Below, in pieces: positions 19,318 through 28,798 of a stretch of 64,000 nt of DNA (positions are counted from its first letter, which is position 1; each line of letters begins with the position of its first letter). Made by a program: the position numbers and the translations under genes. Source of the stretch: Promethearchaeia archaeon (GTDB taxonomy: Archaea; Asgardarchaeota; Lokiarchaeia; Sigyniarchaeales; SOKP01); contig JAHQWJ010000141.1 of NCBI GenBank assembly GCA_029856125.1, positions 18,053 through 82,052 of the forward strand. Reading direction: 5' to 3'. The notes beneath the pieces were generated by a model. It ran no database searches, was not told where the DNA came from, and saw only the letters and a list, made by a program, of their open reading frames with translations.

Positions 19318-20277
19318 ATGACGACTTCAAAAATAGATAATTTAGAGATTAGGAAGTTAACAGAAGATATATTACTTGTTCATCAGAAAAAACCCCCGTT
19401 TTATTTCTCTTGTAGTGACGGTATTATTATTTTGCCGAAAAAAAGGAGAAATGATAGTTCTATTGTATTAGATTTAAATGTGGAGCCTCTTCTTATAGAT
19501 AAATTGGACGAGATTTACGGCCCTTTTACGAACTATATATGCTCACATGGACATATGGATCATATAGCACATGTCCATCAGTGGGAGACGCTTGGAGCTA
19601 AAATTCACGCTCCTTTTCCGGAGCACAAATATTTATTAGAGCTTAATAATTTTTATAGGGGATTTGGTTTCATTGATGCGATGGATTTTTCGGTTGTTAA
19701 GGAATTTGCCGAAAAAAATGGTTATAGAAAATGCCAAAATGTATCTTCTTTCAAACCAGGTCATACCTTTGAATTTGAAGACCTTATAATTGAAACGATT
19801 CCGTTATTAAGTCATTCCAAAGCTCATGTAGGCTTTTTGATTCCTGAAGAAAGATTATTTCACATAAGCTGCTTAGGATTTGATAAAAAGAGCCCTGAAA
19901 AAGATGGATTTGGTCCTTGGTACGGATTTAAAGAGTGTTCAATTGAACAATATCTAATAGATATTACGCAAGCGGAGTTAATTTTCCTAGAGCGGGCTAA
20001 TTTCTTAACATCTAGTCACTCTTATGTTGTAAAAAACCACGATAAAGGTCCCTTTATTTACATGAGAGAAAAAATCGCGAAAAATCAAGAACTTGTTGAT
20101 AAAGCAATCAAGTCTCATACCTTAATAAATAAATCTATTGATACGATAAACTATTTACTTAATCTAGACATTTTCTTTCCAAAAAGGAAAATGGAGGGTT
20201 TTTTATCAGAAATTTATAATTTTTGGGAATCTGGAATTATTCGTAAGCATGTCGAACGAAGTGAATATCTTAATTAA
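19318..20277 (+). CDS. MBL-fold metallo-hydrolase
   Basis: SHGHMDH motif. Confidence 0.8.
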   Translation: MTTSKIDNLEIRKLTEDILLVHQKKPPFYFSCSDGIIILPKKRRNDSSIVLDLNVEPLLIDKLDEIYGPFTNYICSHGHMDHIAHVHQWETLGAKIHAPFPEHKYLLELNNFYRGFGFIDAMDFSVVKEFAEKNGYRKCQNVSSFKPGHTFEFEDLIIETIPLLSHSKAHVGFLIPEERLFHISCLGFDKKSPEKDGFGPWYGFKECSIEQYLIDITQAELIFLERANFLTSSHSYVVKNHDKGPFIYMREKIAKNQELVDKAIKSHTLINKSIDTINYLLNLDIFFPKRKMEGFLSEIYNFWESGIIRKHVERSEYLN

Positions 20278-20292
20278 TGATTCGGTTAGGAG

Positions 20293-21339
20293 TTACTTAT
20301 CAGGTTCAATTACAACCTTAAGGGACTCAGCAGCCTCATTAACAATTCTGAATGCTTCTCCTACTTGATCCATAGGAAATCGATGAGTAATTAACTCTGT
20401 TACATTAATTTTTTTTGACAATATCCATACATATGATTCTTGGAGATCTTCAGGTGCAGCGCCATATGAAGTTGTAATTGTTATTTCATTCCTCCAATAA
20501 TCGTTTATAGGAACTTCTAAATTGACACCAGGTCCTGGGACTGCAAAGAATATCACAGTGCCTCCCGGTGCTACACAATTTAAAGCCTGTTTCGCTGCCG
20601 ATAAAGCCCCAGTGCATACAATAACTATGTCAGCTAATTTATTATCATTAGTTTCTAGAAGTTTCGAAGGAATATCCTCGTTTGCATGAAAAATTTCATC
20701 CGCTCCAAAATCTTGGATTTTTCTCAATCTATAATCGTTTATGTCGGTTGCAAAGACTTTTTTTGCCCCTCTAAGTTTTGCCAATTGAGCGTGTAAGATT
20801 CCAGATACTCCACTTCCTAATATTAAGACTGCTAACCCTTTTCCTACATTTGCTAATCTTTGTGCTCTACAAACACAACCAAATGGTTCAATAAGTACTC
20901 CACCTTCATAGGAAACGGACTTATCTAACACAAAAACGCCCTTTTTTTCAATGTTTACTTTAGGTATTCTAATGTATTCGGCAAAACCTCCAGGATCAAA
21001 ATTAGTGTTATGGAGGAGATCACATGCTGTGTGATGTCCTTGGTTACAGTAATAGCAATCGAAACATGGTACGTGATGGGAAACGAAAACTCTATCTCCA
21101 ATTTTATAACCCTTAATACCGTCCCCCACTTCAACTATATCACCGGCGATTTCATGTCCAAGAATTAAATTATCTACCCCAAGTTTCTTCATTTTAGCAA
21201 ATCTATAATACTCTAAGACATCTGATCCACAAATTCCAGATTTTTTAACCTTCACCAATAATTCTCCCGGACCAATCGTTGGTTTAGGTATTTCATCAAT
21301 TCTGACATCGTTATTGTTATAATATCGTGCAACCTTCAT
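20293..21339 (-). CDS. Zinc-dependent sugar-alcohol (iditol-type) dehydrogenase
   Basis: GICGSD, LGHE, structural Zn C..C..C.......C, GSGVSG. Confidence 0.9.
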   Translation of the reverse strand: MKVARYYNNNDVRIDEIPKPTIGPGELLVKVKKSGICGSDVLEYYRFAKMKKLGVDNLILGHEIAGDIVEVGDGIKGYKIGDRVFVSHHVPCFDCYYCNQGHHTACDLLHNTNFDPGGFAEYIRIPKVNIEKKGVFVLDKSVSYEGGVLIEPFGCVCRAQRLANVGKGLAVLILGSGVSGILHAQLAKLRGAKKVFATDINDYRLRKIQDFGADEIFHANEDIPSKLLETNDNKLADIVIVCTGALSAAKQALNCVAPGGTVIFFAVPGPGVNLEVPINDYWRNEITITTSYGAAPEDLQESYVWILSKKINVTELITHRFPMDQVGEAFRIVNEAAESLKVVIEPDK

Positions 21340-21475
21340 GATTGAGTTTAATTTTACCTGTGTTTTATTTTAATGTTAATATGTTATGTTTTAATATAAT
21401 TCTTTATCAAAAATTAATATTTTTTATATTTTAATAACGATATTTTAAATTAGTTATCTATTATTATGTGAATCG

Positions 21476-21874
21476 ATGGTAATTTACATGGAAATGAAAG
21501 ACATCATTACTTTTTGCCAAAATTGGTTAACATCATGGACAGGAAATAATCCAGAAAAACTCATTTCTTTCTACTCAAAAACGGCATTTTATCAAGATCC
21601 TGCATATCCTAAAGGATTAAAGGGATATGATAATATATTTCCCTATTTTAAAAAATTGTTGGCTGCTAATCCAAAATGGATATGGCAAATGATTGAGGCT
21701 TATCCTACTGGAAAAGGTTTCATTATAAAGTGGAAAGCGATGATACCAGTTAAATCTGAAGAGATAATAGAATATGGAATGGACATATTAGAACTTGAAG
21801 GTGACTTAATTATCCGAAATGAAGTCTACTTTGATCGAACAGAGCTATTATCTTTATTAAAATCAAAAAAATAG
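21476..21874 (+). CDS. SnoaL/NTF2-like protein
   Basis: W..SW......FY...A.YQDP, G.D, RNEVYFD pattern. Confidence 0.75.
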   Translation: MVIYMEMKDIITFCQNWLTSWTGNNPEKLISFYSKTAFYQDPAYPKGLKGYDNIFPYFKKLLAANPKWIWQMIEAYPTGKGFIIKWKAMIPVKSEEIIEYGMDILELEGDLIIRNEVYFDRTELLSLLKSKK

Positions 21875-21904
21875 TTTTTAAATAATATTTAATTTCAGTA
21901 GATT

Positions 21905-22369
21905 ATGGTTGAAGTAAAAAAAGAGTTGTTAGCTCCTTGTGGTTTATGGTGTGGGGTGTGTTCGATATATATTGCCCATAAAAATAACAATTTAAAGTTT
22001 AAAGAGAAGTTATTACCAGTTTATAAAGCTTTTGCGAAAAATGTAGACGATATATCTTGCACAGGTTGTCTATCCGAGGGTACTGTTTTTCCAGTTTGTA
22101 GATCGTGCCCGGTTAAGAAGTGTTGCAAAGAAAAGAATATTGATGGTTGTTACCAATGCGAAGAATTTCCGTGTAAGTTCATTGATAACTTTCCCATACC
22201 TGTTGGAAAAAAAGTCATTCTTCGAGCAATTCCATTTTGGCGCGAACACGGAACGGAGAAGTATGTTGAAGCAGAAATGAATAGATATCACTGCCCAGAA
22301 TGTGGAAATCAACTATTTCGTGGGGCAAAAAGGTGCAACAAATGCAAAGTGCCTGTTAACGTAGATTAA
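21905..22369 (+). CDS. DUF3795 Cys-rich protein with a C-terminal Zn ribbon
   Basis: APCGL.CG.C, C.GC, C.V..C, C..C.EFPC; C-terminal CPECG...C..C. Confidence 0.8.
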   Translation: MVEVKKELLAPCGLWCGVCSIYIAHKNNNLKFKEKLLPVYKAFAKNVDDISCTGCLSEGTVFPVCRSCPVKKCCKEKNIDGCYQCEEFPCKFIDNFPIPVGKKVILRAIPFWREHGTEKYVEAEMNRYHCPECGNQLFRGAKRCNKCKVPVNVD

Positions 22370-22393
22370 AAGAGATTTTAAAATAAAAAAAAA

Positions 22394-22606
22394 TTATGAC
22401 CTGTTTTTTAGATTGCTTCTAACAAGCATTCTAAAAGTTTCTTCATCTAAATTTTCGAACATTTTAAGTTCATCTCCCAAGAATTGGCCCAGTGCGGTTC
22501 TTATAGCCTCGCTTCGACTCGGGTATACACCTAAATCATTTAGAGTTTGAATTGCTTCTAGATATTTTTCAGGTAGGTTTATTGTTATAATTTTCATCTT
22601 TCTCAA
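22394..22606 (-). CDS. CopG/ribbon-helix-helix regulator
   Basis: IITINLP...L...G.YPSRSEAIR.A. Confidence 0.85.
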   Translation of the reverse strand: MRKMKIITINLPEKYLEAIQTLNDLGVYPSRSEAIRTALGQFLGDELKMFENLDEETFRMLVRSNLKNRS

Positions 22607-22764
22607 CCCTTTGTTTAAAAATCATAGCTTTTAACGTTTAACTATTATTCTTATTTCGTCGGATCACTTATAAATAAAGAGTATTAATGCTTTGATGGTA
22701 TTAACGGCTTAATTGATGACGAATAAATAATATTATTCCTTTAATATGTGGGAAAAAAATAAGA

Positions 22765-23517
22765 TCAGAATGGTTTATTAACGGATTTAATGTGCAATAT
22801 CAGCGAAAACGAGGCTTTATATAGCTCTGCATTGCTCATCTCTTTGATCTCATTTAAATAAGTTAAACTATAATCCGCTTCCCGTTTCAAATAGTTTATA
22901 TCTTTTGTTTTATGCTCGTTATCCAAATACGCATCAATCTGTAATATATTTTCATCTAATTTTTTAGGAAACTGAGGCGTCATATTAAAAGTGAACAGTA
23001 GATCTGGTTTTGAAGATTCAAAAGCATCAAAAACAAATAAGATGTTTGGTTGCGCGTAAGAAATAAACGATTCTAAATTGTGAAATAGATCATCAATTTT
23101 GATGTTTAGTTTAGAAGCTTCTAAGATGCTACAATCGCTAACTTTTGGGAATATAAATTTCTCCTTTCCGCGAAAGGCACTGTCTATTTCGCTGGAACTT
23201 AAAAATTTCTTAAAGGTATCGTCGTTTTTCTCTAAAACAAATTCATCCGTTATTGGATCAGACTTGGTATATAACACTATAGAACTCGATGATAACAAAT
23301 TGATTTTTTGATAATATATATTGAAATCAGGGTTATATGGCAAATTTACAATACTTTTATCGCCGCCCAAGCCAAGTTGAGCCATAATATTCATTGGACC
23401 TTGGCTCGTTAAAGTTAATAGGATAAACGATCTGAAATTTTCAAGTTCGATAAAATTGGTAAAACCATTAAAAAATTCGTTAACGATTTTAATTTTATTA
23501 TTTAACGCTTCGGACAT
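22765..23517 (-). CDS. Hypothetical protein
   Basis: 250-aa ATG ORF; no motif recognised. Confidence 0.6.
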   Translation of the reverse strand: MSEALNNKIKIVNEFFNGFTNFIELENFRSFILLTLTSQGPMNIMAQLGLGGDKSIVNLPYNPDFNIYYQKINLLSSSSIVLYTKSDPITDEFVLEKNDDTFKKFLSSSEIDSAFRGKEKFIFPKVSDCSILEASKLNIKIDDLFHNLESFISYAQPNILFVFDAFESSKPDLLFTFNMTPQFPKKLDENILQIDAYLDNEHKTKDINYLKREADYSLTYLNEIKEMSNAELYKASFSLILHIKSVNKPF

Positions 23518-23572
23518 AGTCGGATCATCTAATATATATAATATTTCTTTAAAGAATTAATTATAATTAAAT

Positions 23573-23989
23573 CTAACCATGATATTTCAAAATAAAACTA
23601 CGGAAAGATTCTTTAACTTCTTGAGTTATATGATGCTCAATATCGCATGATATCTTTTCTACGAGTTCGTCATCGTTTATTTTTAGGATTTCCTTAAAAA
23701 AAGTCCGAAGTAGAGCATGAGTTTCTTCTAGCTGAATAGCATATTTTTTTCCCTTATCTGTAAGTCTAATTGATTTTCTTGGTTCCCAGTTTATCAATTT
23801 CTTATTTTTTAGTTTATCTAGCATTCCAGAAACTGAAGCGGGCTCTACATGAAGATTCTCTGCTATCTCTTTATTAGTTACCCAACCGCCCTTTTTTTTC
23901 TTTGTAATAGCATAAATTACATCTAAATACCTTTGATAACTCTCTGGTATCTCTGATATTTCAGAAAAAAAATTTTCCTTACCGCTCAT
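23573..23989 (-). CDS. DtxR/MntR metal-dependent transcriptional regulator
   Basis: YL..IY, EIA..L.V.PASV, LT.KG, C.IEH. Confidence 0.9.
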   Translation of the reverse strand: MSGKENFFSEISEIPESYQRYLDVIYAITKKKKGGWVTNKEIAENLHVEPASVSGMLDKLKNKKLINWEPRKSIRLTDKGKKYAIQLEETHALLRTFFKEILKINDDELVEKISCDIEHHITQEVKESFRSFILKYHG

Positions 23990-24194
23990 CGTTTTCTAAA
24001 TGGAAATAGTCGTTAATATTTTTACCTTGCCAAGTTTCATAACATTAATCATTCTTAAAAGTTTATTTATTTTTCAGTATAAAGTACTTGAGATATTTAT
24101 CAATTACTTATCATGCGATGTTTTAACCAAGTTTTGATAAAAATTATAATAATTAAATCTTTAATAAGAAGTAAAATTTTGAAGATGGGAGCTA

Positions 24195-24761
24195 ATGATA
24201 AAAAATTTTCCTGGTAAATTAGTATTGGTTGTAGGTAATTCAGGCTCAGGTAAAGATTCAATAATTTCCGGAGTAGTTAAAAGATTTCCATCTAATTTAA
24301 AAGAAATTCATCTCACTCAGCGATATATTACAAGACCATCTTCAGAAACCGAAGATAATATCTCAATAACTCCAGAAATATTTAAAGAAATGTCTCATCA
24401 GAAGAAATTTGCTCTTGAGTGGCACATTTACGATTTGGATTATGGTGTTCCAATAGACATTGACGATTGGTTAAAAAAAGGACACCCCGTAATTGTAAAT
24501 GTTAGCCGAACAATTGTGAAAAAAGCCCGATACATTTACCGAAATATTTTAGTTGTTTTTATCAAAGTGCCTTTTGAAATAACTTTTAAGAGAATAAAGG
24601 AACGAGCCCGAGAAAGCGGAAAACTTTTACAAGAAAGAATCCAAAGAGCAAAGGATAACCAGACTTTTCCCGACGCAGATTTTATCGTTGATAATTCTGG
24701 AGAATTGGAAATTGCTATCGATCAATTCCTAAGTTATTTAATCAGAGTAGTTGAAGCATAG
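24195..24761 (+). CDS. phnN: Ribose-1,5-bisphosphate phosphokinase (PhnN-like)
   Basis: VGNSGSGKDS, RYITRP, FALEW....YGVP, VNVSR, DNSG.L. Confidence 0.82.
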   Translation: MIKNFPGKLVLVVGNSGSGKDSIISGVVKRFPSNLKEIHLTQRYITRPSSETEDNISITPEIFKEMSHQKKFALEWHIYDLDYGVPIDIDDWLKKGHPVIVNVSRTIVKKARYIYRNILVVFIKVPFEITFKRIKERARESGKLLQERIQRAKDNQTFPDADFIVDNSGELEIAIDQFLSYLIRVVEA

Positions 24762-24848
24762 GAAAAAATCCCGAGCTAGAATATTTAAACCTTCATGTTT
24801 ATTAATAATTAGATCAGAAAAGCCAATCTAATTTCTAAATACCATCGC

Positions 24849-24953
24849 ATGAAAGAGTTCAAGATCAATGAATTCCTCACCGTGAAATTAATAGATGGTA
24901 CCCATTTTAAGTTATGTTCCATTTTTTTTCTTGAATCTGTGATTTTCAAATGA
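24849..24953 (+). pseudogene. Remnant N-terminus resembling lokiarchaeal LRR-family proteins
   Basis: Translates MKEFKINEFLTVKLIDG, like the EFK.NE..T.KL..G leader I recall from Loki LRR proteins, then diverges and stops after 34 aa. Confidence 0.45.
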
Positions 24954-24991
24954 TCACAATTTATTTATAAAACACAGAAGGAGTTAGATTT

Positions 24992-26578
24992 ATGAAAATA
25001 AGTATATTAAACGAAGTATTAGGGCCAATTCTGCATGGACCTAGTAGTTCTCATACCGCTGCTTCATATAGTATTGGTCGGTTGACCCATATGTTGTGTG
25101 AGAACGAAATAAAGGAAATTAATATTACATTTGATTCAAAGGGTTCTTTTGATAAGACATATAAATCTCAAAATGGAGATGTTGCGTTCTTAGCAGGGAT
25201 CATTAATTTAGCTGTTGATGATCCTGACTTTCTTAATTCTAAAAATGTAGCCAGTGAAGAAGGAATTAGATATCTCTTCGATTCAAAAGATATTCCTGAA
25301 GCAGATCATCCAAACTATATGTTAATTAATATTCCTGCTAAAAAATTAACAATAGTAGCGAAATCCATCGGAGGAGGTATGATTCTGATAGAAAATGTTA
25401 ATAATTGGAACATTAAAATTAAAGGAAATAATTATAATATCTTAATAGAATTTCATACGAATTCTAAGGAAAAAATACTGAATTTAATTCAATCATTTTC
25501 CAATTCTCCAGAAAAAATACATATACAGGATGATGAGAGGTATTCTTTTATTCAACTAAAGAATCCAAATAGGTTTAAAGATGAATTTGTTAATAAATTA
25601 AAATCTCTTGATTTTATTTCTAATATCTGGACTACTCACCCTATACTTTTTCCGACTCATGGGACTCCGTTGTTTAAAAATAGCTTTGAGATGTTAAATC
25701 TTGCAATTGAAAAAACGTATTCTCTCGGTAAGCTAGGGCTTATGTATGAATCAGATCTATTGAATATGGATGAAAAATCTATTTTAGAAGAAATGGAAAA
25801 AAGGATTTTAGTAATGTTTTCTTCAATTGAAAAGGGTTTGGAAAAGAAAAATTCGCGTATGAAATTATTAAAGCATTCGGCAAGTAATATCCAAAAAAAA
25901 GAACCTCAGCTTTTCAGTTCTGGAATTAATTTAAGAAGCGCTTATAGGGCTATGGCAGCTATGGATACTGCTTCTTCAGGGGGATTGATTTGTGCGGCCC
26001 CTACAGGCGCATCTTGTGGCGTTATTGCTTCTGTTCTTTATACTCTCCATTACGATTTTAATATTAACATGAATAAGATTATTAAATGTGCACTTGCAGC
26101 AGGTGTGATTGGTTTAATAAACGGAATGAATTCAACTTTTGCTGCTGAAATAGCGGGATGTCAAGTTGAGATAGGAATGGCTGGAGCAATGGCAGCGGCA
26201 GCGGTTATCGAAGTCGCTAATGGAGGTCCTGCTGCAGCCACAGAGGCGGCAGCAATTGCATTGCAAAACACAATGGGATCTGTATGCGATCTTGTTGCGG
26301 GATTCTGTGAAATCCCTTGCCATACTAGGAATGCAGTGGCAGCGTCAAATGCATTTATCTGTGCTGATCTTATTATAGGTGGTTATATTAATCCAATAAA
26401 TCTTGATGATTCAATCCAAGCATCATTTGAAAGTGGTAAGATGTTGCCTCCTCAATTACGTTGTACTTCATTAGGAGGAATCGCGATCACAGAATCAGCA
26501 AAAAAATTGGTTCAAGAAGTTAAAACAGATTATAATAAGATTAATAGAGCCAATAAGAAAAATACAAACAGAATTTAA
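24992..26578 (+). CDS. sdaA: Fe-S L-serine ammonia-lyase, fused beta+alpha type, with a captured foreign C-terminus
   Basis: GPSSSHT, SIGGG, AAPTGASCG, AGCQ.E, CDLVAG, PC..RN; the last ~20 aa match the HNH protein tail. Confidence 0.88.
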   Translation: MKISILNEVLGPILHGPSSSHTAASYSIGRLTHMLCENEIKEINITFDSKGSFDKTYKSQNGDVAFLAGIINLAVDDPDFLNSKNVASEEGIRYLFDSKDIPEADHPNYMLINIPAKKLTIVAKSIGGGMILIENVNNWNIKIKGNNYNILIEFHTNSKEKILNLIQSFSNSPEKIHIQDDERYSFIQLKNPNRFKDEFVNKLKSLDFISNIWTTHPILFPTHGTPLFKNSFEMLNLAIEKTYSLGKLGLMYESDLLNMDEKSILEEMEKRILVMFSSIEKGLEKKNSRMKLLKHSASNIQKKEPQLFSSGINLRSAYRAMAAMDTASSGGLICAAPTGASCGVIASVLYTLHYDFNINMNKIIKCALAAGVIGLINGMNSTFAAEIAGCQVEIGMAGAMAAAAVIEVANGGPAAATEAAAIALQNTMGSVCDLVAGFCEIPCHTRNAVAASNAFICADLIIGGYINPINLDDSIQASFESGKMLPPQLRCTSLGGIAITESAKKLVQEVKTDYNKINRANKKNTNRI

Positions 26579-26630
26579 AAAATCAAAAAATGTATAATTA
26601 AATTAAAAGTTAAGGACCATCTTAATGATA
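26510..26630 (+). repeat. Diverged direct repeat of the HNH gene 3' end (partner 28603-28723); remnant of an older HNH copy
   Basis: VQEVKTDYNKINRANKKNTNRI*KIKKCIIKLKVKDHLND versus VLEVKADYNKIKGAIMKNSSRIKKIKKSIIKLNVKDHLNE; DNA aligns without gaps. Confidence 0.92.
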
Positions 26631-26724
26631 AAAAAAATTTGTTGAATAGAATAAGATTTTCGAGATTAAAGAGGTAAATTTTTTTTAATAAGAAAAATTA
26701 GATTAGTTACTTCTATTTTACTAA

Positions 26725-26850
26725 GGCCCGGTTCGTATAGACGAGTCTCGAAATTTTTTCGTGATTCGGTAAAATGGTTAGTATTGGGGACTATACTTAA
26801 GTATTCTTCAATCTCAATCTTTAAGCTGAAGATTAATGAAATTCTCTAAA
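26725..26850 (+). tRNA. tRNA-His 5' half (positions -1 to 32) with an intron at 15/16 (26741-26774) and a 32/33 intron remnant; no contiguous 3' half
   Basis: GGCCCGGTTCGTATAG[34-nt hairpin intron]TGGTTAGTATTGGGGAC is identical to the spliced downstream copy except G30; BHB-like geometry. Confidence 0.8.
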
Positions 26851-26979
26851 TTATAAAACTTATTTTTCTCTTAGTTTTTTAATCAAGTGATTTAAATCCT
26901 CCTCTTCTTAATTTTATTTTTCCCTTTAAATAGATTGTGTTTATATTGTTTTTAAAGGATGATAAAAATGTGATCGGTA

Positions 26980-28728
26980 ATGAACTTTAACTCACCCAAG
27001 TCGGAACCTAATAAAACATTTAAAAAAGTTGATACTAAGAAAGTTGAAAAAACCGAAATCGCTTCAAAACCAGGCCAGAAGCTGAGCGACAAACCAAAGA
27101 ACAAAATAGAACGCCCCAAGATAGATTTACAAAAAGAACCAAGAAATAAAATTCAACGCGAAAAAATTAGCCTACTAACTCCATCAAAAAATAAGATAGA
27201 ACGCCCCAAACTCGATCTAAAAACACCATCCAGAAATAAAATACAACATCCAAAATATGACACAAAAGCTCCACCGAGACATAAAATTGAACCCCGAAGG
27301 ATTAATCTTATGAAAGAACCAAAGTATAAAATACAACATCAAGAATTTAATACTAAAAAGCTTAACACAGATAAAATTCAAGTGAAACCCAGTCATAAAA
27401 TAAGAAGTGAAGAGATTGGTGATAATTTAATAATTAAATCATTCCCTAAAAATACTAGAAATATTATTAGTGAAAATATCTATAAAACTTTTGAGGAAAG
27501 AAAAGCTACTTCAAATTCTAAAATAGTAGATACACTAATTAAAGATTTAGGTGATATTAAATCACAACCGAAGTGGATAAATAGATTACCAAAAGATGAA
27601 TTGAAAGAATTGAGGAATTATATTGTTAATAATAAGATAGATAGTCGATTTGAAGGTAGCTTGTCAAATTATTTTGCTGATCTTACTGATTTAGTAGAAG
27701 ACATAAAAATTTTAAATAATAGAAATCAAGCCGTTAACTTTTCAGAACTCAGTCGTAATTTAATCAAGCAAAATAGAGGATTGAATTTAACAAAAAGAGG
27801 TTTAGAAGAAGCTATTTCTGGAATTTATAACCATTTTAAGAATGTTTTTGATGATTTCAAACTTGAACGTGTAAAAAAAAAGTCTATATTAGGGACGGAA
27901 TCAGAAAAGGAGTCAATACGATGCTTAAGGAAAGAATATAAATTATTAATTGAAATGAATGATGGTAGTTATGGGGGAAAATGTTCAAATCCTAGTTGCA
28001 ACACTGATTTTAAGCGATTACCTGCTTTTGATTTCCATCATGAAGAAAAAAAAATAAAAACTACTACTTGGAATGAGATCATGCATAAAAAATATGATGA
28101 AATAAAAAATACTTTAGAATCTCAAAAAGTAAAACCTATTTGTAAAAATTGTCACTTACCTGAAAATGCTAAAATTTTCAATGATTTTAAAGAGACTATC
28201 TTGAAGAAAGATTTATTTACCTATTCAAGTCACGATATTGATAAATTTTTAAATTTAAAAGTAAATAAGTTTGTTAAAGAAAATAATACAAATTATACGG
28301 CTGCTTCGCTAAAAATTGAGGTAAAGAGATGGATTAAAAAAAGAGCCGTAATTGAACAAGTTTTTAATGGAATGTGTATCTCATGTGCAGAAAAACGACT
28401 TCCATCTTTACAAATGCACCATACTAATCAAGATCTTAAAGTTCATAGATGGGGTGATATTTCTCGTAAATGGAATATTAAAGAATTAATCAATGATTTT
28501 GTAATTGAAGAAGAATGCGTTTGCTTATGTGGAAATTGTCACGCTATGTTAAATACAATAAACTTTGAAAAAAATGTTGGAAAAGTGCTTGGAGAAAAAT
28601 ATGTTCTAGAAGTTAAAGCAGATTATAATAAGATTAAAGGGGCAATCATGAAAAATTCAAGCAGAATTAAAAAAATCAAAAAAAGTATAATTAAATTAAA
28701 TGTTAAGGACCATCTTAATGAAGAATAG
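26980..28728 (+). CDS. Tandem (double) Zn-finger HNH endonuclease-like protein with N-terminal basic 15-aa repeats
   Basis: C....C...FDFHH...ICKNCH and CISC...LQMHH...LCGNCH. Confidence 0.75.
   Translation: MNFNSPKSEPNKTFKKVDTKKVEKTEIASKPGQKLSDKPKNKIERPKIDLQKEPRNKIQREKISLLTPSKNKIERPKLDLKTPSRNKIQHPKYDTKAPPRHKIEPRRINLMKEPKYKIQHQEFNTKKLNTDKIQVKPSHKIRSEEIGDNLIIKSFPKNTRNIISENIYKTFEERKATSNSKIVDTLIKDLGDIKSQPKWINRLPKDELKELRNYIVNNKIDSRFEGSLSNYFADLTDLVEDIKILNNRNQAVNFSELSRNLIKQNRGLNLTKRGLEEAISGIYNHFKNVFDDFKLERVKKKSILGTESEKESIRCLRKEYKLLIEMNDGSYGGKCSNPSCNTDFKRLPAFDFHHEEKKIKTTTWNEIMHKKYDEIKNTLESQKVKPICKNCHLPENAKIFNDFKETILKKDLFTYSSHDIDKFLNLKVNKFVKENNTNYTAASLKIEVKRWIKKRAVIEQVFNGMCISCAEKRLPSLQMHHTNQDLKVHRWGDISRKWNIKELINDFVIEEECVCLCGNCHAMLNTINFEKNVGKVLGEKYVLEVKADYNKIKGAIMKNSSRIKKIKKSIIKLNVKDHLNEE
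27088..27381 (+). repeat. About 6.5 degenerate 45-bp (15-aa) tandem repeats inside the HNH gene
   Basis: DKPKNKIERPKIDLQ / KEPRNKIQREKISLL / TPSKNKIERPKLDLK / TPSRNKIQHPKYDTK / APPRHKIEPRRINLM / KEPKYKIQHQEFNTK. Confidence 0.85.
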
Positions 28729-28798
28729 CATTATTTGTTTTTTTCGAACATTCATAAAATTTTTTTAGTGGGTAGTATTATATCATATATACTTCTAT

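Noticed and set aside
26576-26578. Recoded stop codon in sdaA
   Set aside because: It is explained as an AAA-to-TAA change within the captured HNH remnant.
26725-26900. Upstream tRNA copy as a complete stand-alone tRNA
   Set aside because: After the CTCT-AAA putative 3' splice site there is no anticodon, T arm or acceptor 3' strand.
27088-27381. Periodic ~45-bp repeats as a CRISPR array
   Set aside because: They are degenerate, in-frame protein repeats with no conserved DNA repeat and unique spacer alternation, and there are no cas genes.
26980-28728. HNH protein as an IscB/Cas9-like RNA-guided nuclease
   Set aside because: No RuvC motifs, PLMP domain or IS200/605 ends were recognised; only two Zn-HNH modules.
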